From assembly GCA_017444065.1 (NCBI GenBank), contig JAFSXJ010000018.1, positions 1,778 through 65,777 of the forward strand: a DNA stretch of 64,000 nt, in the 5' to 3' direction. Numbering within the stretch: the first letter of the stretch is position 1; every line of letters begins with the position of its first letter. The notes under the pieces were generated by a model. That model searched no databases and was not told where the DNA came from. It was given only the letters and a program-made list of their open reading frames with translations. Position numbers and translations under genes: made by a program. Below, in pieces: positions 36,209 to 44,632 of the stretch. The DNA is from Paludibacteraceae bacterium (lineage in GTDB: Bacteria > Bacteroidota > Bacteroidia > Bacteroidales > Paludibacteraceae).

Positions 36209-38053
36209 ATGCCTGACCACAGACAAAATACTATCTTCCGGTTTGCGATTGTCTTTCTGCTGATAACAGCGGGCTTTGTGGCTGTGCTGGTGCATATCAT
36301 GCGCATCCAGTGGTTCCAGCGCGACATATGGATGCAGATGGTGAAGACGCAGAAGCCCGTTGAGAAAGTCATTGACCCGCAGCGCGGAAATATCCTCGAC
36401 TGCGAGGGACGTCTGCTCGCCAGCAGTATCCCCGGATACTACGTATATATGGACACCCGTGTGCCGGCGCTTCACCAAGGCGGCGATACGCTGTTCTACC
36501 GGTATGTGGACAGCATAGCCATCGGACTGAACCGTATCCTGCCCGAGAAGACTGCCGCCGAGTACCGCGCGATGATGGTCAAATCGTTCAACAAACGCAA
36601 CGGCAAGAACGCCAAAGGCCAGCAACGCGAGAACGGCACCTACCTCAAGCTCTGCCCGCACCGCGTATCGTTCATCCAGAAGCGAGAGATAGAAAAGCTT
36701 CCGCTCTTCCGCCGCGGCTACTATAAGTCGGGCATTCAGTTTGTTGACGCACCGCAACGCAAGAAACCTTTCGAATCGTTGGCTTCGCGTACCATAGGCA
36801 GCATTCTCGCCAACGGCAAAGGCAATGCCGGACTGGAAAAGACTTTCGAGACCGACCTGCACGGCATTGACGGTTTGTCGTTGCGCGAACGCATGGGCGG
36901 GCAATGGCAGTACGTGCCGGTGAAGGAGGCTGTCAACGGCTACGATCTGGTCACCACGCTTGACGCCAACCTGCTGGACATAACGGAGACGGCGCTCCGC
37001 AGTTGCCTGGAGCGCACACAGGCGGACTGGGGATGCTGCATACTGATGGAAGTACAATCCGGCAAGATTCGCGCCATCTGTAACCTCGACCGCAACACCG
37101 ACGGCACCTACAGCGAGAAAGCCAACCACGCAGTGACGCGCGTTGAGCCCGGCTCCACATTCAAGACCATAGCGATGATGGCGGCACTGGATGACGGCAA
37201 GGCGGAGCTGACGGACACCTTTCAGGTGTATTATAACGGTTGGACATACCACGACGCCCTACACCGCGACGCGCACCCCAGGGATACAGTCTATACCCTG
37301 CGTAGTGCACTGGCGGTATCGTCGAACATTGCATTCGCCAAACTGATTACCCAAAGCTACGACAAGAAAGCCTCGAAGTTCGTGGACAAACTCCAGAGCA
37401 TGGGTATTCGCGACAGCGTCTATTCGGAGATTCCCGGCGCACAGAAGCCACGTATCGATATTCCCAACGATGCCGTGACCCTATCGCGTATGGCGTACGG
37501 CTACTCGGTGGAACTTACTCCCATGCAGATACTCACGTTCTATAATGGCATAGCCAACGACGGCAGAATGATACGCCCGTATCTGGTTGAGCGAGTCATG
37601 GACGGCGACGAGGTCATCCGCACCTTTGATACCGAGACACTCAAGAGCAGCATGTGCCGTAACAGCACACTCCGCGACATACGACAGTCCTTGCACGATG
37701 TGGTGTGGGACAATAATCTCGGCACAGCATCCGTGCGTACGTGGGCAGGCAAGGTGGCGGACTACAAGGCGCAATCGAAACGTGTGCACATTGCCGGCAA
37801 GACCGGTACGGCACAACTCTTCCGCAACGGACGTTACCAATCGCGCGAACACCGCATGACCTTTGTCGGCTACTTCCCTGAAGAGAAGCCGCAATACACA
37901 TGCCTGTGCATGGTCGAGTTCCCGAAGACCTACGGCTACGATGCCGGTTATGATTGCGGCGGTGTGGTCCGACAGATTGCCGAGAAGACCATTGTCTATA
38001 CCGGACACTACGTTATCAAAGGCGACAGCCTCGTTTACGAGAAAAACAAATAA
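36209..38053 (+). CDS. ftsI: penicillin-binding protein, class B transpeptidase (FtsI/PBP3-like)
   Basis: N-terminal TM anchor, SxxK (GSTFKTI), SxN (VSSNIAF) and KTG (GKTGTAQ). Confidence 0.9.
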   Translation: MPDHRQNTIFRFAIVFLLITAGFVAVLVHIMRIQWFQRDIWMQMVKTQKPVEKVIDPQRGNILDCEGRLLASSIPGYYVYMDTRVPALHQGGDTLFYRYVDSIAIGLNRILPEKTAAEYRAMMVKSFNKRNGKNAKGQQRENGTYLKLCPHRVSFIQKREIEKLPLFRRGYYKSGIQFVDAPQRKKPFESLASRTIGSILANGKGNAGLEKTFETDLHGIDGLSLRERMGGQWQYVPVKEAVNGYDLVTTLDANLLDITETALRSCLERTQADWGCCILMEVQSGKIRAICNLDRNTDGTYSEKANHAVTRVEPGSTFKTIAMMAALDDGKAELTDTFQVYYNGWTYHDALHRDAHPRDTVYTLRSALAVSSNIAFAKLITQSYDKKASKFVDKLQSMGIRDSVYSEIPGAQKPRIDIPNDAVTLSRMAYGYSVELTPMQILTFYNGIANDGRMIRPYLVERVMDGDEVIRTFDTETLKSSMCRNSTLRDIRQSLHDVVWDNNLGTASVRTWAGKVADYKAQSKRVHIAGKTGTAQLFRNGRYQSREHRMTFVGYFPEEKPQYTCLCMVEFPKTYGYDAGYDCGGVVRQIAEKTIVYTGHYVIKGDSLVYEKNK

Positions 38054-38091
38054 CTGCATCAGTCAAGTTTGGCTGATCAAACAACACACAT

Positions 38092-39546
38092 ATGATACTA
38101 TCTGATTTATTAACTGCCATCGAGCCACTACGCGTCATTGGGCGCACGGACATTGACGTTCACGCCATCCAATTCGACTCACGCAAGGTCGAAGCCGGTG
38201 ACCTCTTCGTCGCACAAGCCGGTACGGCTGTTGACGGGCACACATTCATCCCTTCCTGTATAGAGAAAGGTGCTCGTGTCATCGTCCTCGACAACCCCGA
38301 CTACCTGCCTCAGCAGCCGTCCGCCGATGTGACCTGCGTGCTCGTCAAGAGTTCCGAGGAAGCACTCGGCCGCCTTGCCCATCATTGGTACGGTCGCCCG
38401 AGCGAGCACTTGACGCTGGTCGGCGTCACCGGCACCAACGGCAAGACCACCATCGCCACGCTGCTGTATAATATGGTGCGTGCCATGGGGCACAAGGCAG
38501 GATTGCTCTCCACCGTCGTCTATTATGTGGACGGTCAGGCGTTCCCTTCCACGCACACCACACCCGACGCTCTTGCGCTCAACGCCCTGCTGGCGCAGAT
38601 GGTTGAGGCAGGCTGCGAGTACGCGTTCATGGAGGTCAGCAGCCACTCGATAGCGCAGGAGCGTATAGCCGGACTGCAGTTCGCCGGAGCGATGTTCACC
38701 AATCTTACGCGTGACCATATCGACTACCACAAGACCTTCGACAACTACCGCGACACGAAGAAGCGCCTCTTCGACAACCTCGGCAAGAACGCCTTTGCCG
38801 TCACCAATGCCGATGACAAGAACGGCCTCGTCATGACGCAGAACACCCGCGCGAAGGTCTATACCTACTCTACGCAGACGATGGCGGACCACCGCGGCAA
38901 GATATTGGAGGAGGGTTTTGACGGCATGCTGCTCAGCATCGACGGGCAGGAGGTGTTTGTGCCGCTCGTCGGACGGTTCAATGTCAGCAACCTGCTGTGC
39001 ATCTACAGCGCCGCTTTGTGTCTGGGCTTTGACAAGCTCGAAGTCCTGCGCGTACTCAGTGCCCTCAAACCCGTCAACGGACGCTTTGAGACCATCCGCT
39101 CGCCCAAAGGCTGGACGGCGATTGTCGATTATGCCCACACGCCCGATGCAGTGGATAATGTCATCCAGACCATCCGTGAGATAAAGAAAGCCACAAACAA
39201 GCTGATAACGGTTGTCGGCTGCGGCGGCAACCGCGACAAAGGCAAACGCCCGATGATGGCGCAGATCGCCAAGCGCGGCAGCGAGCAGCTCATCCTCACC
39301 TCTGACAACCCCCGTGACGAAGAGCCGCGCGACATCCTCAGCGACATGACTGCCGGTCTGACCGAAGACGAGCTCCGCAGCACCCTTGTGATAGAGGACC
39401 GTGCTGCGGCTATCCAGACCGCCTGCACCCTGGCGCAGTCCGGCGATGTCATCCTCGTTGCCGGCAAGGGGCATGAGGACTACCAGATCATCAAAGGCGT
39501 GAAGCACCACTTCGACGATCACGAGCAAGTACGCAAGTACATCTGA
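38092..39546 (+). CDS. murE: UDP-N-acetylmuramoyl-L-alanyl-D-glutamate--2,6-diaminopimelate ligase
   Basis: GVTGTNGKTT P-loop, the DNPR motif (LTSDNPRDEEP), and the dcw position after the PBP gene. Confidence 0.9.
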   Translation: MILSDLLTAIEPLRVIGRTDIDVHAIQFDSRKVEAGDLFVAQAGTAVDGHTFIPSCIEKGARVIVLDNPDYLPQQPSADVTCVLVKSSEEALGRLAHHWYGRPSEHLTLVGVTGTNGKTTIATLLYNMVRAMGHKAGLLSTVVYYVDGQAFPSTHTTPDALALNALLAQMVEAGCEYAFMEVSSHSIAQERIAGLQFAGAMFTNLTRDHIDYHKTFDNYRDTKKRLFDNLGKNAFAVTNADDKNGLVMTQNTRAKVYTYSTQTMADHRGKILEEGFDGMLLSIDGQEVFVPLVGRFNVSNLLCIYSAALCLGFDKLEVLRVLSALKPVNGRFETIRSPKGWTAIVDYAHTPDAVDNVIQTIREIKKATNKLITVVGCGGNRDKGKRPMMAQIAKRGSEQLILTSDNPRDEEPRDILSDMTAGLTEDELRSTLVIEDRAAAIQTACTLAQSGDVILVAGKGHEDYQIIKGVKHHFDDHEQVRKYI

Positions 39547-39648
39547 TTGACGTCGGGGCAACCGTCCCCGAATCGTATACCCTTGCTATACCTTTAGGTT
39601 CTCCCACCGACCGATGACCGGGAGACGATTGAACAAAACACAGGAGTT

Positions 39649-40854
39649 ATGACAGATATTGAGAAGAATAATCAGGACATTATCCCGTTGTCCCAAGCAG
39701 TTGAAGCGATTAAAACCGCTATTCTGCAAGGGCAGTATGAAGCCAATAAAGGTGTCAACCGCATCCAGTTGGCTGTCTATTTTGCTATTGGCAAATATCT
39801 CTCCAAGAACACACGCAACTTGGAATATGGTGCCGGTGCCATCAAGGCTATCAGCGACAAAATACATAAAGACCTACCCGGTTTGCGTGGCTATTCGGCT
39901 AGTAACCTCAAAAATATGCGTCGTTTCTATGAAGAGTGGATATTATTAGATGCTGAAAATCAAAACATTCAACAATCGCCAATCGCAATTGGCGAATCTT
40001 CTCAAGAATCGACAATCGCGGTTGGCGATTTACAAGACACACAAAATCAGATAGATATATATCGCGCTATCTGTGTGCCCAATATCACAGAATTTCCTGT
40101 AGATGATTTCTTTGCTGTGCCTTTCACCCATCATATCCGGATCATCGAGAAGACCAAAGACCTTGAGGCACGTTACTACTATATCCATCGCACGGCCGTA
40201 GAAAAACTCTCTGTTGATGCGCTTGAGAGATTAATCAGGCAGCAGGCTTACGAGAAACGGGAGCAGATACCGAATAATTTCCGCCAAACGCTATCCGGTT
40301 CGGCACTGGCACGCAAGGCGGTAATGATGTTCAAGGATTCATACCAATTGGACTTCATCAATACGGAGCAGATTGGAGAACGCGACAAACAGGATGTGGA
40401 TGAAAAAGAGGTGGAACAGCAGATTATTCATAATATCAAGCAGTTCATCATGACGTTCGGGCAGGATTTCACCTTTGTCGGCAATCAGTACCATCTGGAG
40501 ATTTACGGAGAGGACTTCTTCCCTGATTTGATTTTCTTCAACCGCGAACTGAATGCGTTAGTGGTCGTAGAACTGAAGATCGGTGAATTCAAACCGAGTT
40601 ATTTGGGCACCCTGACGGCTTACCTTCAGATTCTGGATACTAAGGTGCGCAAGCCGCACGAGAACCCGTCTATCGGTATCGTCCTCTGCAAATCGGCTAA
40701 TAAGCAGTTTGTTGAATTTGTTATTCAAAAATTCGACAGCCCGATGGGAGTAGCCACTTATACGACAGCCGCCGATATGCCCGAAGAACTCCGCAAAGCT
40801 CTGCCCGACATGGACGAACTGAAACGTATCATGGCAAAAGAAGGCGAAAAATAG
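39649..40854 (+). CDS. DUF1016/YhcG-family PD-(D/E)xK nuclease domain protein
   Basis: 401 aa. The C-terminal PDLIFFNRELNALVVVELKIGEF is a D...ELK nuclease motif. The N-terminal helical domain is typical of YhcG-like proteins. Confidence 0.75.
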   Translation: MTDIEKNNQDIIPLSQAVEAIKTAILQGQYEANKGVNRIQLAVYFAIGKYLSKNTRNLEYGAGAIKAISDKIHKDLPGLRGYSASNLKNMRRFYEEWILLDAENQNIQQSPIAIGESSQESTIAVGDLQDTQNQIDIYRAICVPNITEFPVDDFFAVPFTHHIRIIEKTKDLEARYYYIHRTAVEKLSVDALERLIRQQAYEKREQIPNNFRQTLSGSALARKAVMMFKDSYQLDFINTEQIGERDKQDVDEKEVEQQIIHNIKQFIMTFGQDFTFVGNQYHLEIYGEDFFPDLIFFNRELNALVVVELKIGEFKPSYLGTLTAYLQILDTKVRKPHENPSIGIVLCKSANKQFVEFVIQKFDSPMGVATYTTAADMPEELRKALPDMDELKRIMAKEGEK

Positions 40855-40885
40855 GTTTTGAAATAATCGTTCCAAAGGACAAGAA

Positions 40886-40995
40886 CACTTGTGTTTGCCA
40901 TTTGAATATTGCAATATCGCGGAAAAAGAAAGAATCTGAGATGTTCCTTGGAGCCTGTGACAAGATATAGCACTATGTTGCGGTAATTTTGCAAG
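40886..40995. repeat. ~110-bp direct repeat R1, copy 1 (upstream of the KilA-N gene; contains TAATTTTG at 40984-40991)
   Basis: Aligns with 42097-42205. The 24-mer GTGACAAGATATAGCACTATGTTG is identical in both copies. Confidence 0.8.
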
Positions 40996-41074
40996 TGATT
41001 TCCCGAGACGGGTGATTGGCAGAGGAGCAAATGAAGATAAAGTGGTCGAATTTGACCACATAAATGATAAAGCT

Positions 41075-41899
41075 ATGGCGGTAAGAAAGATTAACATTGA
41101 TGAGTCGGAGATTTCCGTTATCTTCGGCATGCACGATGATGATTATATCTGCTTGACCGATATGGTCAAAGCAGGAGATAATAGCGATCGGACTAATATA
41201 GTTATTCAGAACTGGATGCGTCGCAAGGATACTATCTCATATCTAGGCGTGTGGGAAAATCTGCATAATCCGAATTTTAAAAGCATCGAATTCGATGCAA
41301 TTAGAAATGCATCCGGTACTAACCGTTTTATTCTTACAGCTAAAGAATGGATTGAGCGAACCAATGCAATCGGTATTATTGCTAAAAGTGGACGCTATGG
41401 AGGCACGTATGCCCATAAGGACATTGCGTATCACTTTGGAATGTGGCTTTCCCCGGAATTCAACCTGCTTGTTGTTAAAGAGTTCCAACGGCTGAAAGAG
41501 GAAGAGCAGAAGGCACTTGGCTGGTCAGCAAAGCGTGAGTTGGCTAAGATCAACTATCATATCCATACGGACGCCATCAAAGCCAATCTTGTGCCGCAGG
41601 AGATTGATACATACCACCGTTCGCTTATCTATGCCAACGAAGCCGATGTACTCAATGTGGCGTTGTTCGGAATGACAGCCAAAGAGTGGCGTGACGCGCA
41701 TCCGGATGACAAAGGCAATATCCGCGATTACGCGACCATCAATCAGTTGATTTGCTTGAGTAACATGGAGAACCTGAATGCGGTCTTTATCAACGAAGGC
41801 ATGCCGCAACAGGAACGCCTGCACAAACTCAACCAGATTGCCATTCAGCAAATGACAGTGTTGGAGAATGTTGAATCAAGGAAAATCTTAAACGCATAA
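41075..41899 (+). CDS. KilA-N domain-containing protein
   Basis: ICLTDMVKAG...IQNWMRRKDTISYLGVWE...GGTYAHKDIAYHFGMWLSPEF is typical KilA-N. Start moved to ATG 41075 (MAVRKINIDE); the track start at 41012 is non-ATG and lies immediately after repeat R1. Confidence 0.75.
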   Translation: MAVRKINIDESEISVIFGMHDDDYICLTDMVKAGDNSDRTNIVIQNWMRRKDTISYLGVWENLHNPNFKSIEFDAIRNASGTNRFILTAKEWIERTNAIGIIAKSGRYGGTYAHKDIAYHFGMWLSPEFNLLVVKEFQRLKEEEQKALGWSAKRELAKINYHIHTDAIKANLVPQEIDTYHRSLIYANEADVLNVALFGMTAKEWRDAHPDDKGNIRDYATINQLICLSNMENLNAVFINEGMPQQERLHKLNQIAIQQMTVLENVESRKILNA

Positions 41900-42096
41900 A
41901 TACGCGAACAAAACCAAGCGAAAGAAAAGGTGCTAAAGAAAAAATAAACAAAGCGGCATCGTCAAATAGAGTAAAAGTAATCAAAAAAAAATAGAGTAAA
42001 CCCTACGATTAGCCCGACGAGGATTTGGAAAGAGCCTGACAGGGATAGGCAAACAGCCATCAAATAGAGAGTGAAAGGACGATGCGAGAGATGACA

Positions 42097-42205
42097 CACT
42101 TGTTTGCTATTTGCATGTTACAATATTGAGGAAAAAGAAACAATAAAAGATGTTTTTGGGGGATAGTGACAAGATATAGCACTATGTTGTTGTAATTTTG
42201 CATTG
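42097..42205. repeat. ~110-bp direct repeat R1, copy 2 (upstream of the GNAT-fusion gene; contains TAATTTTG at 42193-42200)
   Basis: See copy 1. About 80% identity by hand alignment, with one 1-nt gap. Confidence 0.8.
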
Positions 42206-42298
42206 AGAAATAAAAAAAGCACGGACATTAGTAAAAAAATCTAATTAGTTTCGCATATTATACATACCATAGCACAAAATAATGCAGAATAAATTACA

Positions 42299-43372
42299 AT
42301 GAATATGGATAATCTTACATTAAAACCGTTTTCGGGAATCGAATTGAAAGACCATTTCTTCGATTCATTGCGGGACAATTATGAAGGCTTTGATAAGTGG
42401 TTCCAGAGCAAAGCGCAATCAGGCGCAAAAGCTCTTGTATACTACGACAATTCATTGCTAAAGGATTTCCTATATCTGAAAGATGAAAACGAAGAGTTGC
42501 AATTAGATGGAAAAACATTACCTGCACAAAAGCGACTTAAAGTCGGGACCTTCAAGATTGAGCGCAGAGGCACTAATCGGGGAGAACGCTTTATGAAACG
42601 GATTCTTGACGTCGCGATTCAATACGGCTTTCCGGAAATTTATGTAACTATGTTTGATGACACAGACGAGTTAATGCATTTGCGCCATTTCTTTGAAACA
42701 TATGGTTTTTCTGAAATCGGTAGGAAATCACATCCCAATGGACGTAGTGAGAGCGTGCTCCTTCGAGACATGACAAAACACATAGGCAATATTGTTACTA
42801 ACTATCCGTTCGTTAATATGCTATCTGGCAACAAATATCTACTTTCAATAAAGCCGGAGTTTCATACTAAATTGTTTCCGGATTCTATTCTGCAAACAGA
42901 GCGATATAGTATTCTGCAAGATGTTAGCCCTACCAATAGTATTAACAAGATTTATATATGTTGGATGCATGGCGTGCAAAGTTTGAAGCCACTTGATAAA
43001 GTGATTATTTACAGGACTTCTGACGGAAAGGGGTATGCCATATACCGAAGTGTCGCCACATCTGTATGCACGGTCTCTGAAGTTAAAACGGTAAATGATT
43101 TTACTGATATTGACGATTTTATACGATATGTCAACAAGTATAGTGTATTTAAAGAGCATGACTTGCGATACTGGTACAATGTTAAGCCAAATTTTGTCGT
43201 AATAAAGATGCTATATAACATTGCATTTCAAAAGAAAGTTATTCGGAAAGACATAATAGAGCAAGCAGGTATACCATCAGATGCATACTGGGGCTTCCAA
43301 CAACTAAATAATGAACAATTTAATCAACTGTTAACTTTAGGTAACGCAGATGGACGCTATATTGTCAATTAA
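42299..43372 (+). CDS. GNAT-like acetyltransferase fused to a C-terminal ASCH/PUA-like domain
   Basis: The N-terminal ~165 aa has a GNAT core pattern (KVGTFKIERRGTNRGERFMKRILDVAIQYGFPEIYVTMF...LRHFFETYGFSEIG). The C-terminal ~190 aa starts YLLSIKPEFHTKLF, echoing the ILSIKPVYANQIL start of the downstream ASCH protein. Confidence 0.55.
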   Translation: MNMDNLTLKPFSGIELKDHFFDSLRDNYEGFDKWFQSKAQSGAKALVYYDNSLLKDFLYLKDENEELQLDGKTLPAQKRLKVGTFKIERRGTNRGERFMKRILDVAIQYGFPEIYVTMFDDTDELMHLRHFFETYGFSEIGRKSHPNGRSESVLLRDMTKHIGNIVTNYPFVNMLSGNKYLLSIKPEFHTKLFPDSILQTERYSILQDVSPTNSINKIYICWMHGVQSLKPLDKVIIYRTSDGKGYAIYRSVATSVCTVSEVKTVNDFTDIDDFIRYVNKYSVFKEHDLRYWYNVKPNFVVIKMLYNIAFQKKVIRKDIIEQAGIPSDAYWGFQQLNNEQFNQLLTLGNADGRYIVN

Positions 43373-43733
43373 ACCCGTTTATGCCAATCAGATATTGGCA
43401 GGGACGAAGAAAGTTGAATTTCGCAAGCGGAGATTCAAAGAGGATGTACGTAGAGTGTATATCTATTCCTCTATGCCGGTTAAGCAGATTGTGGGGTATT
43501 TTACTTTTTCCACAATCGACGAAGACACTCCCGCCAATTTGTGGAATAAATACAAAGAGATTGGCGGTATAGCTCATGATGATTTCTTTGGCTATTATGC
43601 GAATAATGTTTCCGGATGTGCGCTGGTTATAAAATCAGTCACCTCATTCAAGAAAGGTAAGAGCCCGAATGATTTTATAGATGATTTTGTTCCTCCGCAA
43701 TCTTATGTTTATTTAGATACGACTGCAGATTGA
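43350..43733 (+). CDS. ASCH domain protein
   Basis: 127 aa. MDAILSIKPVYANQILAGTKKVEFRKRRF is a classic ASCH N-terminus. Overlaps the upstream gene by 23 nt. Confidence 0.7.
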   Translation: MDAILSIKPVYANQILAGTKKVEFRKRRFKEDVRRVYIYSSMPVKQIVGYFTFSTIDEDTPANLWNKYKEIGGIAHDDFFGYYANNVSGCALVIKSVTSFKKGKSPNDFIDDFVPPQSYVYLDTTAD

Positions 43734-43795
43734 CGAACGAAGCTAAAAGAAGCGGAAGAAAAAGAAATATATGAAACACATAATATAAAAGTAGT

Positions 43796-44596
43796 ATGGA
43801 AGATGAAAAAGAAATAGCAAAAGTTGCACTGCCTGAATTATTCAAAGGGGGAATGCAGGTTGTGTCTCAATTTTATAAAGATTTAGCACAACCAACAATA
43901 CAAACCATTGGCAAGACTTTGAATACCACTTTTGAGTTTGCTACAATTCCAGCATTAGCATTAGGATTTGCAACAGAGAAAGTCCGATTGAATTTTGCTA
44001 AAAGGCTTGAAGAGTACAAGAAAAAACTTGACAAAGTCCCAGAAGAAGATAGATGTGTTGTGGAGCCAGAGATAGGAGAGCCTATTATTCGTAATTTGAT
44101 GAATACTACTAATAATCAAATTGCAGATTTATTCACGACCTTATTAACTAATGCCTCGAATATCAAAACGCTGGATAAAGCCCATCCTAAATTTGCACAG
44201 ATAGTCTTAAATCTAACTCCAGACGAAGCAAAAATAATCCAATATTTACAAGACAAAGACGAGGTTTATTATGTAGATTTTAGAGGAAAATTTGAAAAAG
44301 GAGATGGTTTTTATACTTGGGAGTCGTATGTGACAATATTGCCTGATGAAATTAAATTTGATTACTCCGAAAATTGCAATGCGTATATATCGAACTTGAT
44401 TAGTTTGGGTATATTATTAGATAAGTCAGGAACATTCAAAATGAATGATACTATATACAAAAAAATTGAGAGTATCCATAAACCAAGATTGGAAAAACAA
44501 TTAGTTCCTAATATGTTTACCAAAATTACTACAAAAAGGAGTTATTTGCAAGTAACAGATTTCGGACGATTGTTTATTGATGCTTGCATATCATGA
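43796..44596 (+). CDS. Abi-alpha (DUF4393) abortive-infection-like protein
   Basis: YKDLAQPTIQTIGKTL, KKLDKVPEEDRCVVEPEIGEPIIRNL, DLFTTLLTNAS, HPKFAQIVLNLTPDEAKIIQYL. Matches the Abi-alpha pattern as I remember it. Confidence 0.6.
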   Translation: MEDEKEIAKVALPELFKGGMQVVSQFYKDLAQPTIQTIGKTLNTTFEFATIPALALGFATEKVRLNFAKRLEEYKKKLDKVPEEDRCVVEPEIGEPIIRNLMNTTNNQIADLFTTLLTNASNIKTLDKAHPKFAQIVLNLTPDEAKIIQYLQDKDEVYYVDFRGKFEKGDGFYTWESYVTILPDEIKFDYSENCNAYISNLISLGILLDKSGTFKMNDTIYKKIESIHKPRLEKQLVPNMFTKITTKRSYLQVTDFGRLFIDACIS

Positions 44597-44632
44597 TATA
44601 ATATTATCCACGACAAATAATAAAAATAGCAT

